Of a stretch of 64,000 nucleotides of DNA, positions 12,676-28,365 are shown piece after piece. Every line of letters begins with the position of its first letter. The stretch's first letter is position 1. Source of the DNA: Amoebidium appalachense (Eukaryota > Protista > Ichthyosporea). Made by a program: the position numbers and the translations under genes. The notes beneath the pieces are model-generated. The model was not told the DNA's origin. It ran no database searches and was given only the letters and a program-made list of their open reading frames with translations. The stretch lies in assembly GCA_963693365.1 (NCBI GenBank), contig CAVNZM010000018.1, positions 925,861 through 989,860 on the forward strand, given 5' to 3'.

Positions 12676-13582
12676 CAGGCCATAAAGCCCCCAACCCTCA
12701 AGGCCTACCGGGATGCTGTTGTTGAGTTCCTGGATTGGTTGCCCCCTGGCACCGACACCAAGTCCCCCGCCGAACTGGACGACCTCCTGGTGGAGTATTT
12801 TGAGGAGTGTTATGCCATTGATCCATCGCGTGGCCAGCGTCAGCGCTGTGTCAACACAGCTGCCGGCATCAAGCATTTCATGCCACGCCTGGGTCCACAC
12901 CTGCAGGCCGCCCAACGGAGCCTGCAGAGCTGGAACCGGCTTGTTCCAGCAAAGACCACGCCCCCGCTTCCGTTTTCATTGGTCCTCGTCATTGGCCATC
13001 ATTTGTATTCCAAAATTGGCCCCTTGTTTGGTATTGCTGTTTTGCTTGGATTTGAGTGTTATATTCGTGTCAGTGAGCTGCTTATGCTCGAGCACCCGTG
13101 CGGATCTTGTTTTGCCCGACGACCCCGTTCCCCACGACATGCCACCCGGTACAGGCGGCATCCGCCTGGCCGACACCAAGACCGGTCCAAATCAGTCTGT
13201 CCCCATCACCGATCCGTCCCTGTTGGCCATCCTGTCTTTCTGGTTCCGTGGTGCCCCCCCTTCTGCGCGGCTGTTTCCTTTCTCGTATGATGTTCTGCGT
13301 GCCAAGTTCCAAGCGGCATGTGACTCCCTCGGCCTCAACGAGTATGGGTTCCATCTTCACAGTCTTTGCCATGGTGGTGCCTCGAGAGACTACGTCAGGG
13401 GTGTTTCAGTAGAGACGATTGCTCTGGGTGGTCGATGGAGATCGCATGCCTCCCTCCGCCGGTATGTGCAGGCCGGCCAGTCTCTTGTTCTTTCTATTCG
13501 CGTGCCTGCGTCGCTCCTTGCCCGGCCTGCAGCGCTGCGTCAGTCACCCACGGCATGGTTCGTTCCTTCCCGTGCCAGGTAG
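12651..13582 (+). pseudogene. Tyrosine recombinase ORF (frameshifted; HSLR changed to HSLC)
   Basis: RVSELL, DTKT, HSL(C)HGGA, GRWRS, LRRY. Confidence 0.9.
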
Positions 13583-14945
13583 GGAGTGGTGGAGCACACC
13601 TGTGCCTGCTTGTGAGATTGATCCACAGGCACCGGCTCATGTATCCCCTTGCTGGGGCTGGTAAAGACGACGTTGGCATAAGAATATTTAATTTGTAAAC
13701 GTGTTTTCTTTGCAGGAGAATTAGATAGCCCCGTTGGAGTGAAATTGTGTGTTGCGAGTGTGCTGTAAAATTCGTACTAGTAGCATGGTGTAGGCCTTGG
13801 TGTGTTTGATGTGTGTGCAAAGTTTCAGGCTGCTAGCATTTTTATTTAGGGAGCTGTAGCTGTTTTTATGTTCTATGGGATATGCCATATGGATATATTG
13901 ATGAGTTTGAGTTATATCTAGTCCGAAATGGGCGGTAATTGATTTGGTCTTTGTGATCTAGGGGTTTTAGCCACTTGTGAAAATTTTTCATTGGTTGATG
14001 TGCAGCAAAAATTCCATTTTGGTAGATTTCACGGATTTGATAGGTTTTAAGTCATTTCTTCATATTTCCATTGGCAAAAATGTGGGCCGCGCTATATAAT
14101 GAGCTTGCGCGGCTCCAGGGAGGTCAGTTGCGGCGCTACTGAGCGCGTTTAGGTCTCTTTAGGCCCAATTTTTTAGCTAAGTTTTTGCCCACCCACCACA
14201 CCCTTTGCCTATTTAGGCACTAGGCTACGTTTTTTGATCATGTTTTTGTATGACATTTGTCATTCTTTTCATTGCTCCTGTGGAGCACACCTGTCCCTGC
14301 TTGTGAGATTGATCCACAGGCACCGGCTCATGCATCCCCTTGCTGGGGCTGCTAAAGGCGACGTTGGCATAAGAATGGGGTTTTGAGGCCCTGTTGGCAC
14401 AGCAAGAGGTGAATGAGTGAGGTACCCCTGGTAGATAAGCAATCAAAAAAATGAGAGTGAGAGGGCCACAGACAGAGACAGAGAGAGAGACAGACAGAGA
14501 GAGAGAATGAGAGAGAGAGAGATTGAGGTGAGAGCAGAAATGCATGTCACTGTTATAAACCATATACTGCAAAAATATGCACCGAATATCATCAATACAT
14601 GTTTTGTGTATTGTCCATGTTGGCCATAGCACAGTTATAGTAACATAACAACGAAGACACAGTCATGGCTGTATGGTAAATATACACGGTATACCATGAG
14701 GTTACTGGATATGTATTTACATATGTTGGGCATATCAGACAGACAGTGATTGCAGTATGGACAATATACTCGTGATACCACGTGGAAATTGTGCATGTAC
14801 TGTACATGTGTTGGGCATATCTGACAGACAGAGAGAGAGACAAAGGGAGAGAGACATGCATGACAGGGGGAGTGGGGGGGGGGCGGGGGCTTCATAAGTA
14901 CGAAGTACACATAAACAACGGGTAACACGATGCAGAGATCAAACC

Positions 14946-14976
<31 letters not shown>

Positions 14977-15009
14977 ATTTAAAGGGTGGGGGGGGGGGGG
15001 TTCTTACCT

Positions 15010-18300
<3,291 letters not shown>

Positions 18301-19310
18301 CTGGGGCAGGATAGGGTTACGATGAATCTGCAACCAAGCATGACATAACCAGGGCATACTTTCGTGGGGAGTGCAAGCAAGCGTGGCTCTCTGCTATACA
18401 GAAAGCAAAATCGTGCATACTGGTCGCGGCCTTCTCACTTGACGAACCAGACATCATAAGCGAGGTGGTTGACAAGTTTCTTTCCGGGGTTGAGGTCTCC
18501 ATTAGAATGGACATTCTTATGCCAACGTCGTCGTTACCAGCCCCAGCAAGGGGATACATGAGCCGGTGCCTGTGGATCAATCTCACAAGCAGGCACAGGT
18601 GTGCTCCACAGGAGCAATGAAAAGAATGACAAATGTCATACAGAAACATGCTCAAAAAACGTAGTTTAGTTAGTGCCTAAATAGGCAAAGGGTGTGGTGG
18701 GTGGGCAAAAACTTAGCTAAAAAATTGGGCCTAAAGAGACCTAAACGCGCTCAGTAGCGCCGCAACTGACCTCCCTGGAACCGCGCAAGCTCATTATATA
18801 GCGCGGCCCACCCTTTTGCCAATGGAAATATGAAGAAATGACTTAGAACCTATCAAATCCATGAAATCTACCAAAATGGGATTTTTGCTGCACATCAACC
18901 AATGAAAATTTTTCACAAGTGGCTAAAACCCCTAGACCACAAAGACCAAATTGTTTGCCGCCCATTTCAGACTAGATATAACTCAAACTCATCAATATAT
19001 CCATATGGCATATCCCACAGAACATAAAAACAGCTACAGCTCCCTAAATAAAAATGCTAGCAGCCTGAAACTTTGCACACACATCAAACACACCAAGGCC
19101 TACACCATGCTACTAGTACGAATTTTACAGCACACTCGCAACACACAATTTCACTCCAACGGGGCTATCTAATTCTCCTGCAAAGAAAACACGTTTACAA
19201 ACTAAATATTCTTATGCCAACGTCGTCTTTACCAGCCCCAGCAAGGGGATACATGAGCCGGTGCCTGTGGATCAATCTCACAAGCAGGCACAGGTGTGCT
19301 CCACCACTCC

Positions 19311-20240
19311 CTACCTGGCACGGGAAGGAACAAACCATGCCGTGGGTGACTGACGCAGCGCTGCAGCCCGGGCAAGGAGCGACGCAGGCACGCGAATAGA
19401 AAGAACAAGAGACTGGCCGGCCTGCACATACCGGCGGAGGGAGGCATGCGATCTCCATCGACCACGCAGAGCAATCGTCTCTACTGAAACACCCCTGACA
19501 TAGTCTCTCGAGGCACCACCATGGCGAAGACTGTGAAGATGGAACCCATACTCGTTGAGGCCGAGGGAGTCACATGCCGCTTGGAACTTGGCACGCAGAA
19601 CATCATACGAGAAAGGAAACAGCCGCGCAAAAGGGGGGGCGCCACGGAACCAGAAAGACAGGATGGCCAACAGGGACGGATCGGTGATGGGGACAAACTG
19701 ATTTGGACCGGTCTTGGTGTCGGCCAGGCGTATGCCGCCTGTACCCGGTGGCATGTCGTGGGGAACGGGGTCGTTGGGCAAAATAAGATCCGCACGAGTG
19801 AGCATAAGCAGCTCACTGACACGAAAATAACACTCAAATCCAAGCAAAACAGCAATACCAAACAAGGGGCCAATTTTGGAATACAAATGATGGCCAATGA
19901 CGAGGACCAATGAAAACGGAAGCGGGGGCGTGGTTTTTGCTGGAACAAGCCGGTTCCAGCCCTGCAGGCTCCGTTGGGCGGCCTGCAGGTGTGGACCCAG
20001 GCGTGGCATGAAATGCTTGATGCCGGCAGCTGTGTTGACACATCGCTGACGCTGGCCACGCGATGGATCAATGGCATAACACTCCTCAAAATACTCCACC
20101 AGGAGGTCGTCCAGTTCGGCGGGGGACTTGGTGTCGGTGCCAGGGGGCAACCAATCCAGGAACTCAACAACAGCATCCCGGTAGGCCTTGAGGGTTGGGG
20201 GCTTTATGGCCTGGTCAGCCAGAAAACCGCGAGAGACCAT
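19311..20240 (-). CDS. Tyrosine recombinase, open 309-aa ORF
   Basis: Catalytic R (FRVSELL), K (DTKT), HSLRHGGA, GRW and RRY all intact. Confidence 0.9.
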   Translation of the reverse strand: MVSRGFLADQAIKPPTLKAYRDAVVEFLDWLPPGTDTKSPAELDDLLVEYFEECYAIDPSRGQRQRCVNTAAGIKHFMPRLGPHLQAAQRSLQGWNRLVPAKTTPPLPFSLVLVIGHHLYSKIGPLFGIAVLLGFECYFRVSELLMLTRADLILPNDPVPHDMPPGTGGIRLADTKTGPNQFVPITDPSLLAILSFWFRGAPPFARLFPFSYDVLRAKFQAACDSLGLNEYGFHLHSLRHGGASRDYVRGVSVETIALRGRWRSHASLRRYVQAGQSLVLSIRVPASLLARAAALRQSPTAWFVPSRAR

Positions 20241-22334
20241 CTGCAGGATTGTGGGCTGACGGCAGCCACACACAATACAAACAAATGTCGAGGGCAAGTG
20301 TGTAGGCAGCCACCTGGCGGCATACACGGTTAAGGCGTCGGGATGCTGAACAACACTTAGCAACAGCCCCAAGCAGCGCCGTCGAATCAAGGCCCCAAAG
20401 GTAGCGGGAGCCCCGGGCAGCCGTAGACCGACCTAATCGACGAAGCCCCAGGAGCAAGGCTTCTCCCTCCAGAATGTTTGATCTGGTCGGAGTGGCGCCA
20501 ACGATGACTGATGTTGGTGGTCCACCGGCCACCAACAGCTGCCAGGATAGGTGCCGGGGGGGCGGACGGGCTTGGCTCGTGCACAGGACCAGACAGCTGG
20601 CTGTAGTGGCCACGCCGGTTGCAGTGAGGCAGCACTTCGCGGAGAAGCGTTGCTGGAAGCACCCGGGACACGGCTGCACCACCCAACAAGGAAGCATCAG
20701 TGCAGAACATGGTGCTAGCAAACCCAGAACGCAAATCACAACGCATCAAAGGGGCCAAAGCACACATCGCCTGAAGCTCCCACACCACGGGCGGGGGAAG
20801 GGGCTGTTCCCGACCCCCCAGCTGCTCCAAAAAACTGTAGACAAAACTCAGAACCGACAAAAGCGGCCGCTGCAGCAGTGCCGCCCACACCCAACCACGA
20901 AGCAACTGCTGCAAACGGAGCTGCGTGACGACACCATGACGCAACACGGCCTGGGTTTCCGCCACCAGACTGCACAAGGAAGCGCCAGACGGGCGCAATA
21001 TCCCAGAGCCATGCATTTTCAGGCCTAGCAGCACCATAGAGGACGACGAACCAGCAGCCACATCCTTCTTGAGTTGGAGGGAAGACCAGCCGGGCCGGTG
21101 ACACCATGATACGATTCACGCTGACTATTGATGGCGGTGGCATCTGTGCCGACCCAGCCACAGTCGTCCACATACAGGGCATGCTGCGTGGCCTCCACAG
21201 GCCGCGGCACTATCGCACAGAGGCGCTCAATGCGGGGCATGCCGGCTCGGTCAGCCAACTGCCCATGGACGTCTTGAGCCACAAGCACAGAATGCACCCA
21301 GCCCATGGGCACGGTCTTGAGGGCCGGGTACACAAGCCGGTCGGGCCCAGAAATGCCAACAGCCTCCGAAGACACAGGCGGCAATCCAAAGTACCGCCAC
21401 AGCCACTCGGGGGCAGGAAGACGATGGAACTGGTTGTCCATGTCCGACTTGCCAAAATAGAGGCAATCCTCAGGCCCCAGCAACAGATCGGCAAAATCGG
21501 CAGGGTTGGGCAGGTGCACCTTGAGGGCAGGATGATCACGGGCAAAGAACAGGTTGCCACGGCGGCCGTCAAAAATGACGCGGGCTCTGGTGTCTTTGGG
21601 GACCCCAAACAGCCCATTGATGACCATTGGTTTTTCCTTCGCCTCGAAATAGTGCACCATGCCACAGTCTTGAAGCCGAAGAAGCAGGGGACCGTATTCC
21701 CCACTGGGAACGTGATGCGCCGGTCGGATGCGGCGCAGCTCTGCAGGCGTCGGCGGAACAGGCTTGAGAAGGCCGCCGTCGCAGTTGGCCAAAAACGGCT
21801 GCAGTGTAGGAGACAAAAACTGCAACACGTCCACTGTGGCTCCAATCCCAGGGGGTGGCAAAGCAGCATTTGCCGCCGTGAGAGGTAGCCATCCTGTCAA
21901 TACAGGGTAGGCCGCGGGGAACGCAGCCAAGACAGTACTCGCAGGCTGGACGTCGTAGACACCCGTGCGTATAGCATCGTAGCTGGCCCTAAGGACAAAG
22001 GTCCACAGGGCATGGTGGTGACTGTTCACCAACCGGGTCGGGAATGGGCAAGGGCCGCCTGCCCACAGCTCATTGAGGGCACCAAGACAACGGTTAGCCA
22101 AGGTAACCCCCTTCAGGCGGTGAGACAGACGTTGCCGACGGCGTTGACTCCGCAGACGGGCTTATCCAGAACGGTCCGGCACAGGAATGGCCGGAACAGG
22201 AAACAAATCAGAGGCGGCAAAGAAATGACGGGGCATAGCTGTGGAATCCTTATTCTTATGCCAACGTCGTCTTTACCAAAAACTTAGCTAAAAAATTGGG
22301 CCTAAAGAGACCTAAACGCGCTCAGTAGTGCCGC

Positions 22335-23027
22335 AATATTAAGTTTGTAAACGTGTTTTCTTTGCTGGAGAATTAGATAGCCCCGTTGGAGTGAAATTGT
22401 GTGTTGCGAGTGTGCTGTAAACTTCGTGGTAGTATAATGTTTTAGGCCATGGTGTGTTTGATGTGTTTGCAAAGTTTCAGGCTGCTAGCATTTTTATTTA
22501 GGGAGCTGTAGCTGTTTTCATGTTCTTTGGGATATGCTATATGGATATATTGATGAGTTTGAGTTATATCTAGTCCGAAATGGGCGGCAATCGATTTGGT
22601 CTTTGTGATCTAGGGGTTTTAGCCACTTGTGAAAAATTTTCATTGGTTGATGTGCAGCAAAAATTCCATTTTGGTAGATTTCATGGATTTGATAGGTTCT
22701 AAGTCATTTCTTCATATTTCCATAGGCAAAAATGTGGGCCGCGCTCTATAATGAGCTTGCGCGGCCCCAGGGAGGTCAGTTGCGGCGCTACTGAGCGCGT
22801 TTAGGTCTCTTTAGGCCCAATTTTTTAGCTAAGTTTTTGCCCACCCACCACACCCTTTGCCTATTTAGGCACTAGGCTACGTTTTTTGAGCATGTTTCTG
22901 TATGACATTTGTCATTCTTTTCATTGCTCCTGTGGAGCACACCTGTGCCTGCTTGTGAGATTGATCCACAGGCACCGGCTCATGTATCCCCTTGCTGGGG
23001 CTGGTAAAGACGACGTTGGCATAAGAA
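22335..23027 (+). mobile_element. Solo A-spacer-B unit inserted into repeat A of copy 2
   Basis: Flanks GCCGC|AA...AAG|AACTGACC rejoin to the A-repeat sequence GCCGCAACTGACC. Confidence 0.92.
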
Positions 23028-23947
23028 CTGACCTCCCTGGGGCCGCGCAAGCTCAGTATATAGCGCGGCCCACATTTTTGCCTATGGAAATATGAAGAAA
23101 TGACTTAGAACCTATCAAATCCATGAAATCTACCAAAATGGAATTTTTGCTGCACATCAACCAATGAAAAATTTTCACAAGTGGCTAAAACCCCTAGATC
23201 ATAAAGACCAAATCGATTGCCGCCCATTTCGGACTAGATATAACTCAAACTCATCAATATATCCATATGGCATATCCCACACAACATAAAAACAGCTACA
23301 GCTCCCTAAATAAAAATGCTAGCAGCCTGAAACTTTGCACACACATCAAACACACCAAGGCCTACAACATGTTACTACTACGAAATTTACAGCACACTCA
23401 CAACACACAATTTCACTCCAACGGGGCTATCTAATTCTCCTGCAAAGAAAACACGTTTACAAACTAAATAAAACCATGCACGCAAAAACATGCTGGAAGC
23501 AAGAGCACGTGTGTCGGCTTCTCCACCGTTTCTATCCTGAAAATGTGCATGTGCGGCTTGCTATAGGGATGGGATTCACCTACCCACGCCAGCCTTCGCA
23601 TGTGGACCCTTTCTATGGCAGCCAGCCCAACAAGTTTGTTATATCCGATCCTGGCTGTGGTGCTGAAACCTGCCTGGTAACAGGCTCCTACAATCCAACG
23701 ACGTCTGCAACGCTAGGCAACTACAAGAACTGCATCTACACTAACCATGTTGGTCTGGTGGACCATTACACTGCTGAGTTTTGGACAGTGTGGTGTATGG
23801 GTGCTCCTGTAGCCAACCTATACAAGTAGACTTAGTCACCATTCTCGCGCCTACAAGTAGCCTAAACGACACGCATTGGTGCTAGAAACATGCACGGTCT
23901 TATTCCTGCCAGTGTGTTTGTTTTTTTTCTTTTCTTCCGCTGCTAAG

Positions 23948-24079
23948 ATGACTGTATACCCTCCGCCCAGTGTGTTCCTCAACTGGAAACGTCGCCGTAT
24001 AATCGATCGTGTCCTGTCCACACAGTGCGGGGTTCAACAATATGCGCTCGAGGCAGCTCTTGATGCTACGGCATTGGAA
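23948..24079 (+). CDS. Possible first exon of an unknown gene (MTVYPPPSVFLNWKRRRIIDRV...)
   Basis: ATG-initiated complex-sequence ORF ending at a GTAACA donor-like site; no downstream exon identified. Confidence 0.3.
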
Positions 24080-24276
24080 GGTAACAGGGGCAAAGCCAGG
24101 TAGATCCAGGTTTGCCGTCTTCTCCACAAACAGCTGCGTGCTTGCAGGAAGTGGGGGGGGGGGGGGGGGGTTGCCATTTATTAACATACTGAAGAGAAGG
24201 CCTTGTGACATTTGGGGAGTAGGGAAAAAAACCCACAGGCCAAAAGATGATGCGTTCCCCCTTTGTGTAATTACGG

Positions 24277-24970
24277 TTCTTATGCCAATGTCGTCTTTAC
24301 CAGCCCCAGCAAGGGGATACATGAGCCGGTGCCTGTGGATCAATCTCACAAGCAGGCACAGGTGTGCTCCACAGGAGCAATGAAAAGAATGACAAATGTC
24401 ATACAGAAACATGATCAAAAAACGTAGCCTAGTGCCTAAATAGGCAAAGGGTGTGGTGGGTGGGCAAAAACTTAGCTAAAAAAATTGGGCCTAAAGAGAC
24501 CTAAACGCGCTCAGTAGTGCCGCAACTGACCTCCCTGGGGCCGCGCAAGCTCATTATATAGCGCGGCCCACATTTTTGCCTATGGAAATATGAAGAAATG
24601 ACTTAAAACCTATCAAATCCATGAAATCTACCAAAATGGAATTTTTGCTGCACATCAACCAATGAAAATTTTTCACAAGTGGCTAAAACCCCTAGACCAC
24701 AAAGACCAAATCGATTGCCGCCCATTTCAGACTAGATATAACTCAAACTCATCAATATATCCATGTGGCATATCCCACAGAACATAAAAACAGCTACAGC
24801 TCCCTAAATAAAAATGCTAGCAGCCTGAAACTTTGCACACACATCAAACACACCAAGGCCTACAACATGCTACTACTACGAATTTTACAGCACACTCGCA
24901 ACACACAATTTCACTCCAACGGGGCTATCTAATTCTCCTGCAAAGAAAACACGTTTACAAACTAAATCTT
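24277..24970 (-). mobile_element. Solo A-spacer-B unit
   Basis: Full B-spacer-A sequence; flanks rejoin to TACGGTTACTT, the satellite unit motif. Confidence 0.92.
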
Positions 24971-26525
24971 ACTTTTGGGGGGGTATTTGTGAAAAGCTTC
25001 GTACACAGAAGGGTGGGTCCAAAATCCTCTTGTACAAAGCTGTTGGGGGGGGGGGAATGAAGGTGTGTATGCAATTAGGGACTCTCACGGCAAAAACACA
25101 CCTTCCTACTTCAATTCCAAAAGTCATGTGTGGTGCTTTTACATATTCATGTACATACGGTTACTTGTGGGGGGGTTTTTCGTGAAAAGCTTTGTACACA
25201 GGAGGGTGGGGCCAAACTCCTCTTGTACAAAGCTGTTGAGGGGGGAATGAAGGTGTGTGTGCAATTAGGGACTCTCACGGCAAAAACACACCTTCCTACT
25301 TCAATTACAAAAGCCATGTGTGGTGCTTTTATATATTCATGTACATACGGTTACTTGTGGGGTTTTGTTTCGTGAATAACTTTGTACACAGGAGGGTGGG
25401 GCCAAACTCCTCTTGTACAAAGCCGTTGAGGGGGGGAATGAAGGTGTGTGTGCAATTAGGGACTCTCACGGCAAAAACACACCTTCCTACTTCAATTACA
25501 AAAGCCATGTGTGGTGCTTTTATATATTCATGTACATACGGTTACTTGTGGGGTTTTGTTTCGTGAATAGCTTTGTACACAGGAGGGTGGGGCCAAACTC
25601 CTCTTGTACAAAGCCGTTGAGGGGGGAAATGAAGGTGTGTATGCAATTAGGGACCCTCACGGCAAAAACACACCTTCCTACTTCAATTCCAAAAGCCATG
25701 TGTGGTGCTTTTACATATTCATGTACATACGGTTACTTGTGGGGGGGTTTTTCGTGAATAGCTTTGTACACAGGAGGGTGGGGCCAAACTCCTCTCGTAC
25801 AAAGCTGTTGAGGGTGGGAATGAAGGTGTGTATGCAATTAGGGACTCTCACGGCAAAAACACACCTTCCTACTTCAATTCCAAAAGCCATGTGTGGTGCT
25901 TTTACATATTCATGTACATACAGTTACTTGTGGGGGGGTTTTTCGTGAATAGCTTTGTACACAGGAGGGTGGGGCCAAACTCCTCTCGTACAAAGCTGTT
26001 GAGGGTGGGAATGAAGATGTGTATGCAATTAGGGACTCTCACGGCAAAAACACACCTTCCTACTTTAATTTCAAAAGCCATGTGTGGTGCTTTTACATAT
26101 TCATGTACATACGGTCACTTGTGGGGTTTTTTTTCGTGAATAGCTTCGTACACAAGAGGGTGGGGATTAATTCCTCTTGTACAAAGCTGTTGATGGGGAT
26201 AAGGAAGATGTGTATGCATTTTGGGCCTGTCACGTCAAAAACACACCTTCCTACTTCAATTACAAAAGCCATGTGTGGTGCTTTTATATATTCATGTACA
26301 TACGGTTACTTGTGGGGGGGTTTTGGTGAATAGCTTCGTACACAGGAGGGGGGGCTGAATTCCTCTTTTACAATGCTGTTGATGGGGATACTGAAAGTGT
26401 GTATGCATTTTGGGACTCTCACGGCAAAAACATTTGTCCCTTTTTCGGTTCTAAACCCACAGTGTGATGCCTTTATGCACATATAGTTACTTGTGGGGGT
26501 GGGGGGGGGGGGGGTTTCGTGAATA
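24971..26525. repeat. Tandem array of ~191-bp units (about 8 copies)
   Basis: TACGGTTACTTGTGGG-like motif recurs near 25156, 25346, 25537, 25728, 25919, 26110 and 26301. Confidence 0.95.
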
Positions 26526-26538
26526 GCATGAAGTGTGT

Positions 26539-26569
<31 letters not shown>

Positions 26570-26990
26570 GGGGGGGGAGGGGGGGGGGGGAGGGCACGAA
26601 CTGGGCTGAGTAGTGAATTGTTTTTCAACGTGTGAAGTGTCATCAGCAAACTTCCCGGAAGTATTGCCAACGTATTTTTTGCTATTGGAGCTATTGGCGA
26701 TATTGGCAATAGAACCCCTTGCCGCCAATAGGAACGCCATATTGCAATAATATTGCTTTGGTATTGTCAATGGTAATACAGTACCAATACCCTCTATTGT
26801 CGATATCGAGCTGATATGAATATATTATCCAGTATATGTTACATCAATATCGCCAATACATTAGAGTGCCATTACATTACCATTGCATTACTATTGCGCT
26901 AGCATTATAGACGTATTGCCAATATCAATTATACCCGGGCGATATTACAATAACAACCAAATAATATCAAAAATACAGATAATGATATGG

Positions 26991-27386
26991 ATTCTTATGC
27001 CAACGTCGTCTTTACCAGCCCCAGCAAGGGGGTACATGAGCCGGTGCCTGTGGATCAATCTCACAAGCAGGCACAGGTGTGCTCCACAGGAGCAATGAAA
27101 AGAATGACAAATGTCATACAGAAAAATGCTCAAAAAACGTAGCCTAGTGCCTACATAGGCAAAGGGTGTGGTGGGTGGGCAAAAACTTAGCTAAAAAATT
27201 GGGCCTAAAGAGACCTAAACGCGCTCAGTAGCGCCGCAACTGACCTCCCTGGGGCCGCGCAAGCTCATTATATAGCGCGGCCCACATTATTGCCTATGGA
27301 AATATGAAGAAATGACTTAGAACCTATCAAATCCATGAAATCTACCAAAATGGAATTTTTGCTGCACATCAACACAAACTAAATAT
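26991..27386 (-). mobile_element. Solo A-spacer-B unit with internal deletion in A
   Basis: Both termini present (ATTCTTATGCC...ACAAACTAAATAT); about 300 bp of A missing. Confidence 0.9.
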
Positions 27387-28365
27387 AATACTGTATTTTC
27401 GCATTGTAGTTGCACTATGAACGCATTATTAATGTATTGCCAATATGTAATTCATAGAAATACAAAGATTTAAATATCAAGAAACATATAAACAATGTAT
27501 TGCCAACATATGATCCAACTATAATCAATATATATAAATGTGGTATCGCCGATAGGTTGCTTATATATCGTGAGTATACTGATGACATAAACAGAGGTAT
27601 GATTAATACACTCCCAACACATTACAAATAAGGAATATGTAAATATGTTCCATATCAAGCATATATTGCCAACATACGAATGATACCACCACCATAAAGA
27701 TATAAGTGTTGATAATGCATTACATATATATTATAAATATCACACTATATTATCCAAATACATTGCCAATAAATTGATAATGGGAACGAATGCATGCAAA
27801 GTACAGTATAAGTGCGCTTATAATATGAAAGGCATATCGGAGTAACGTCTTATATCTAAGAATAATACGTATGACGAACATTGCCAATGTATTAACAATA
27901 ACTTTATTGATATCTCAATCACATGCTCAATATATTGGCAATATGCACACGGTACGGTAAGCACAGCCCCATGATCATTGTCAATGTATTGCCAATGTAT
28001 TGCACATGTCGACATCCATACGTGTTCCGTATGGTCACTTTATTAACTTCGGTTGGATAGTGGCATCAAGCACACAAGTAAACAACACAACTAATATACC
28101 ACCCCAGGCGGCATCCTACAGCACACAAGTTAACAACACAACTAACATTCTCTACTATCTACTTTATCTCGCATCTCGTATCAACATTACTCTTATGCAA
28201 ACAAAAAATACCAAAAAGAATCATGACAAAAAAAGAAGAAAAAAGAAGAAAAAAGAAAAAGAAAACTACCACACAAGCACAACAGGCTGGGCTGGGGCAA
28301 CACAGAAACGAAAAACGGAAACAACAGCAGCCATAGGACAAAGAGCCGGTACCCACCTCTAGAGT

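Larger units (their letters stand above)
9200..14376 (+). mobile_element. YR retrotransposon copy 1 (Ngaro/PAT-like split direct repeats A1...B1-A2-spacer-B2), degenerate
   Basis: Internally deleted A1 (9200-9356), gag, RT/RH, YR, B1 (~13588-13685), A2 (~13683-14189), spacer and B2 (~14280-14376). Confidence 0.92.
18513..23470 (-). mobile_element. YR retrotransposon copy 2 (gag deleted; solo unit nested in A1)
   Basis: B2-spacer-A2-B1 (18513-19305), YR, RT/RH to ~22250, then A1 22278-23470 interrupted by a solo unit. Confidence 0.92.
18315..23829 (+). pseudogene. PLD-superfamily nuclease (Nuc/PLD6/Zucchini-like), split by YR copy 2; coding parts 18315-18512 + 23470-23829
   Basis: In-frame rejoin gives AIQKAKSCILVAAFSLDEPDII....SGVEVSIRMD|KTMH...QPNKFVISD...VTGSYNPTTSATLGNYKNC...YTAEFWTVW. 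Confidence 0.75.

Noticed and set aside
9200-14376. DIRS1-type ITR/ICR structure or LTR/integrase retrotransposon
   Set aside because: The repeats are direct and split (A...B-A-B); there is no integrase or protease and no fixed TSD
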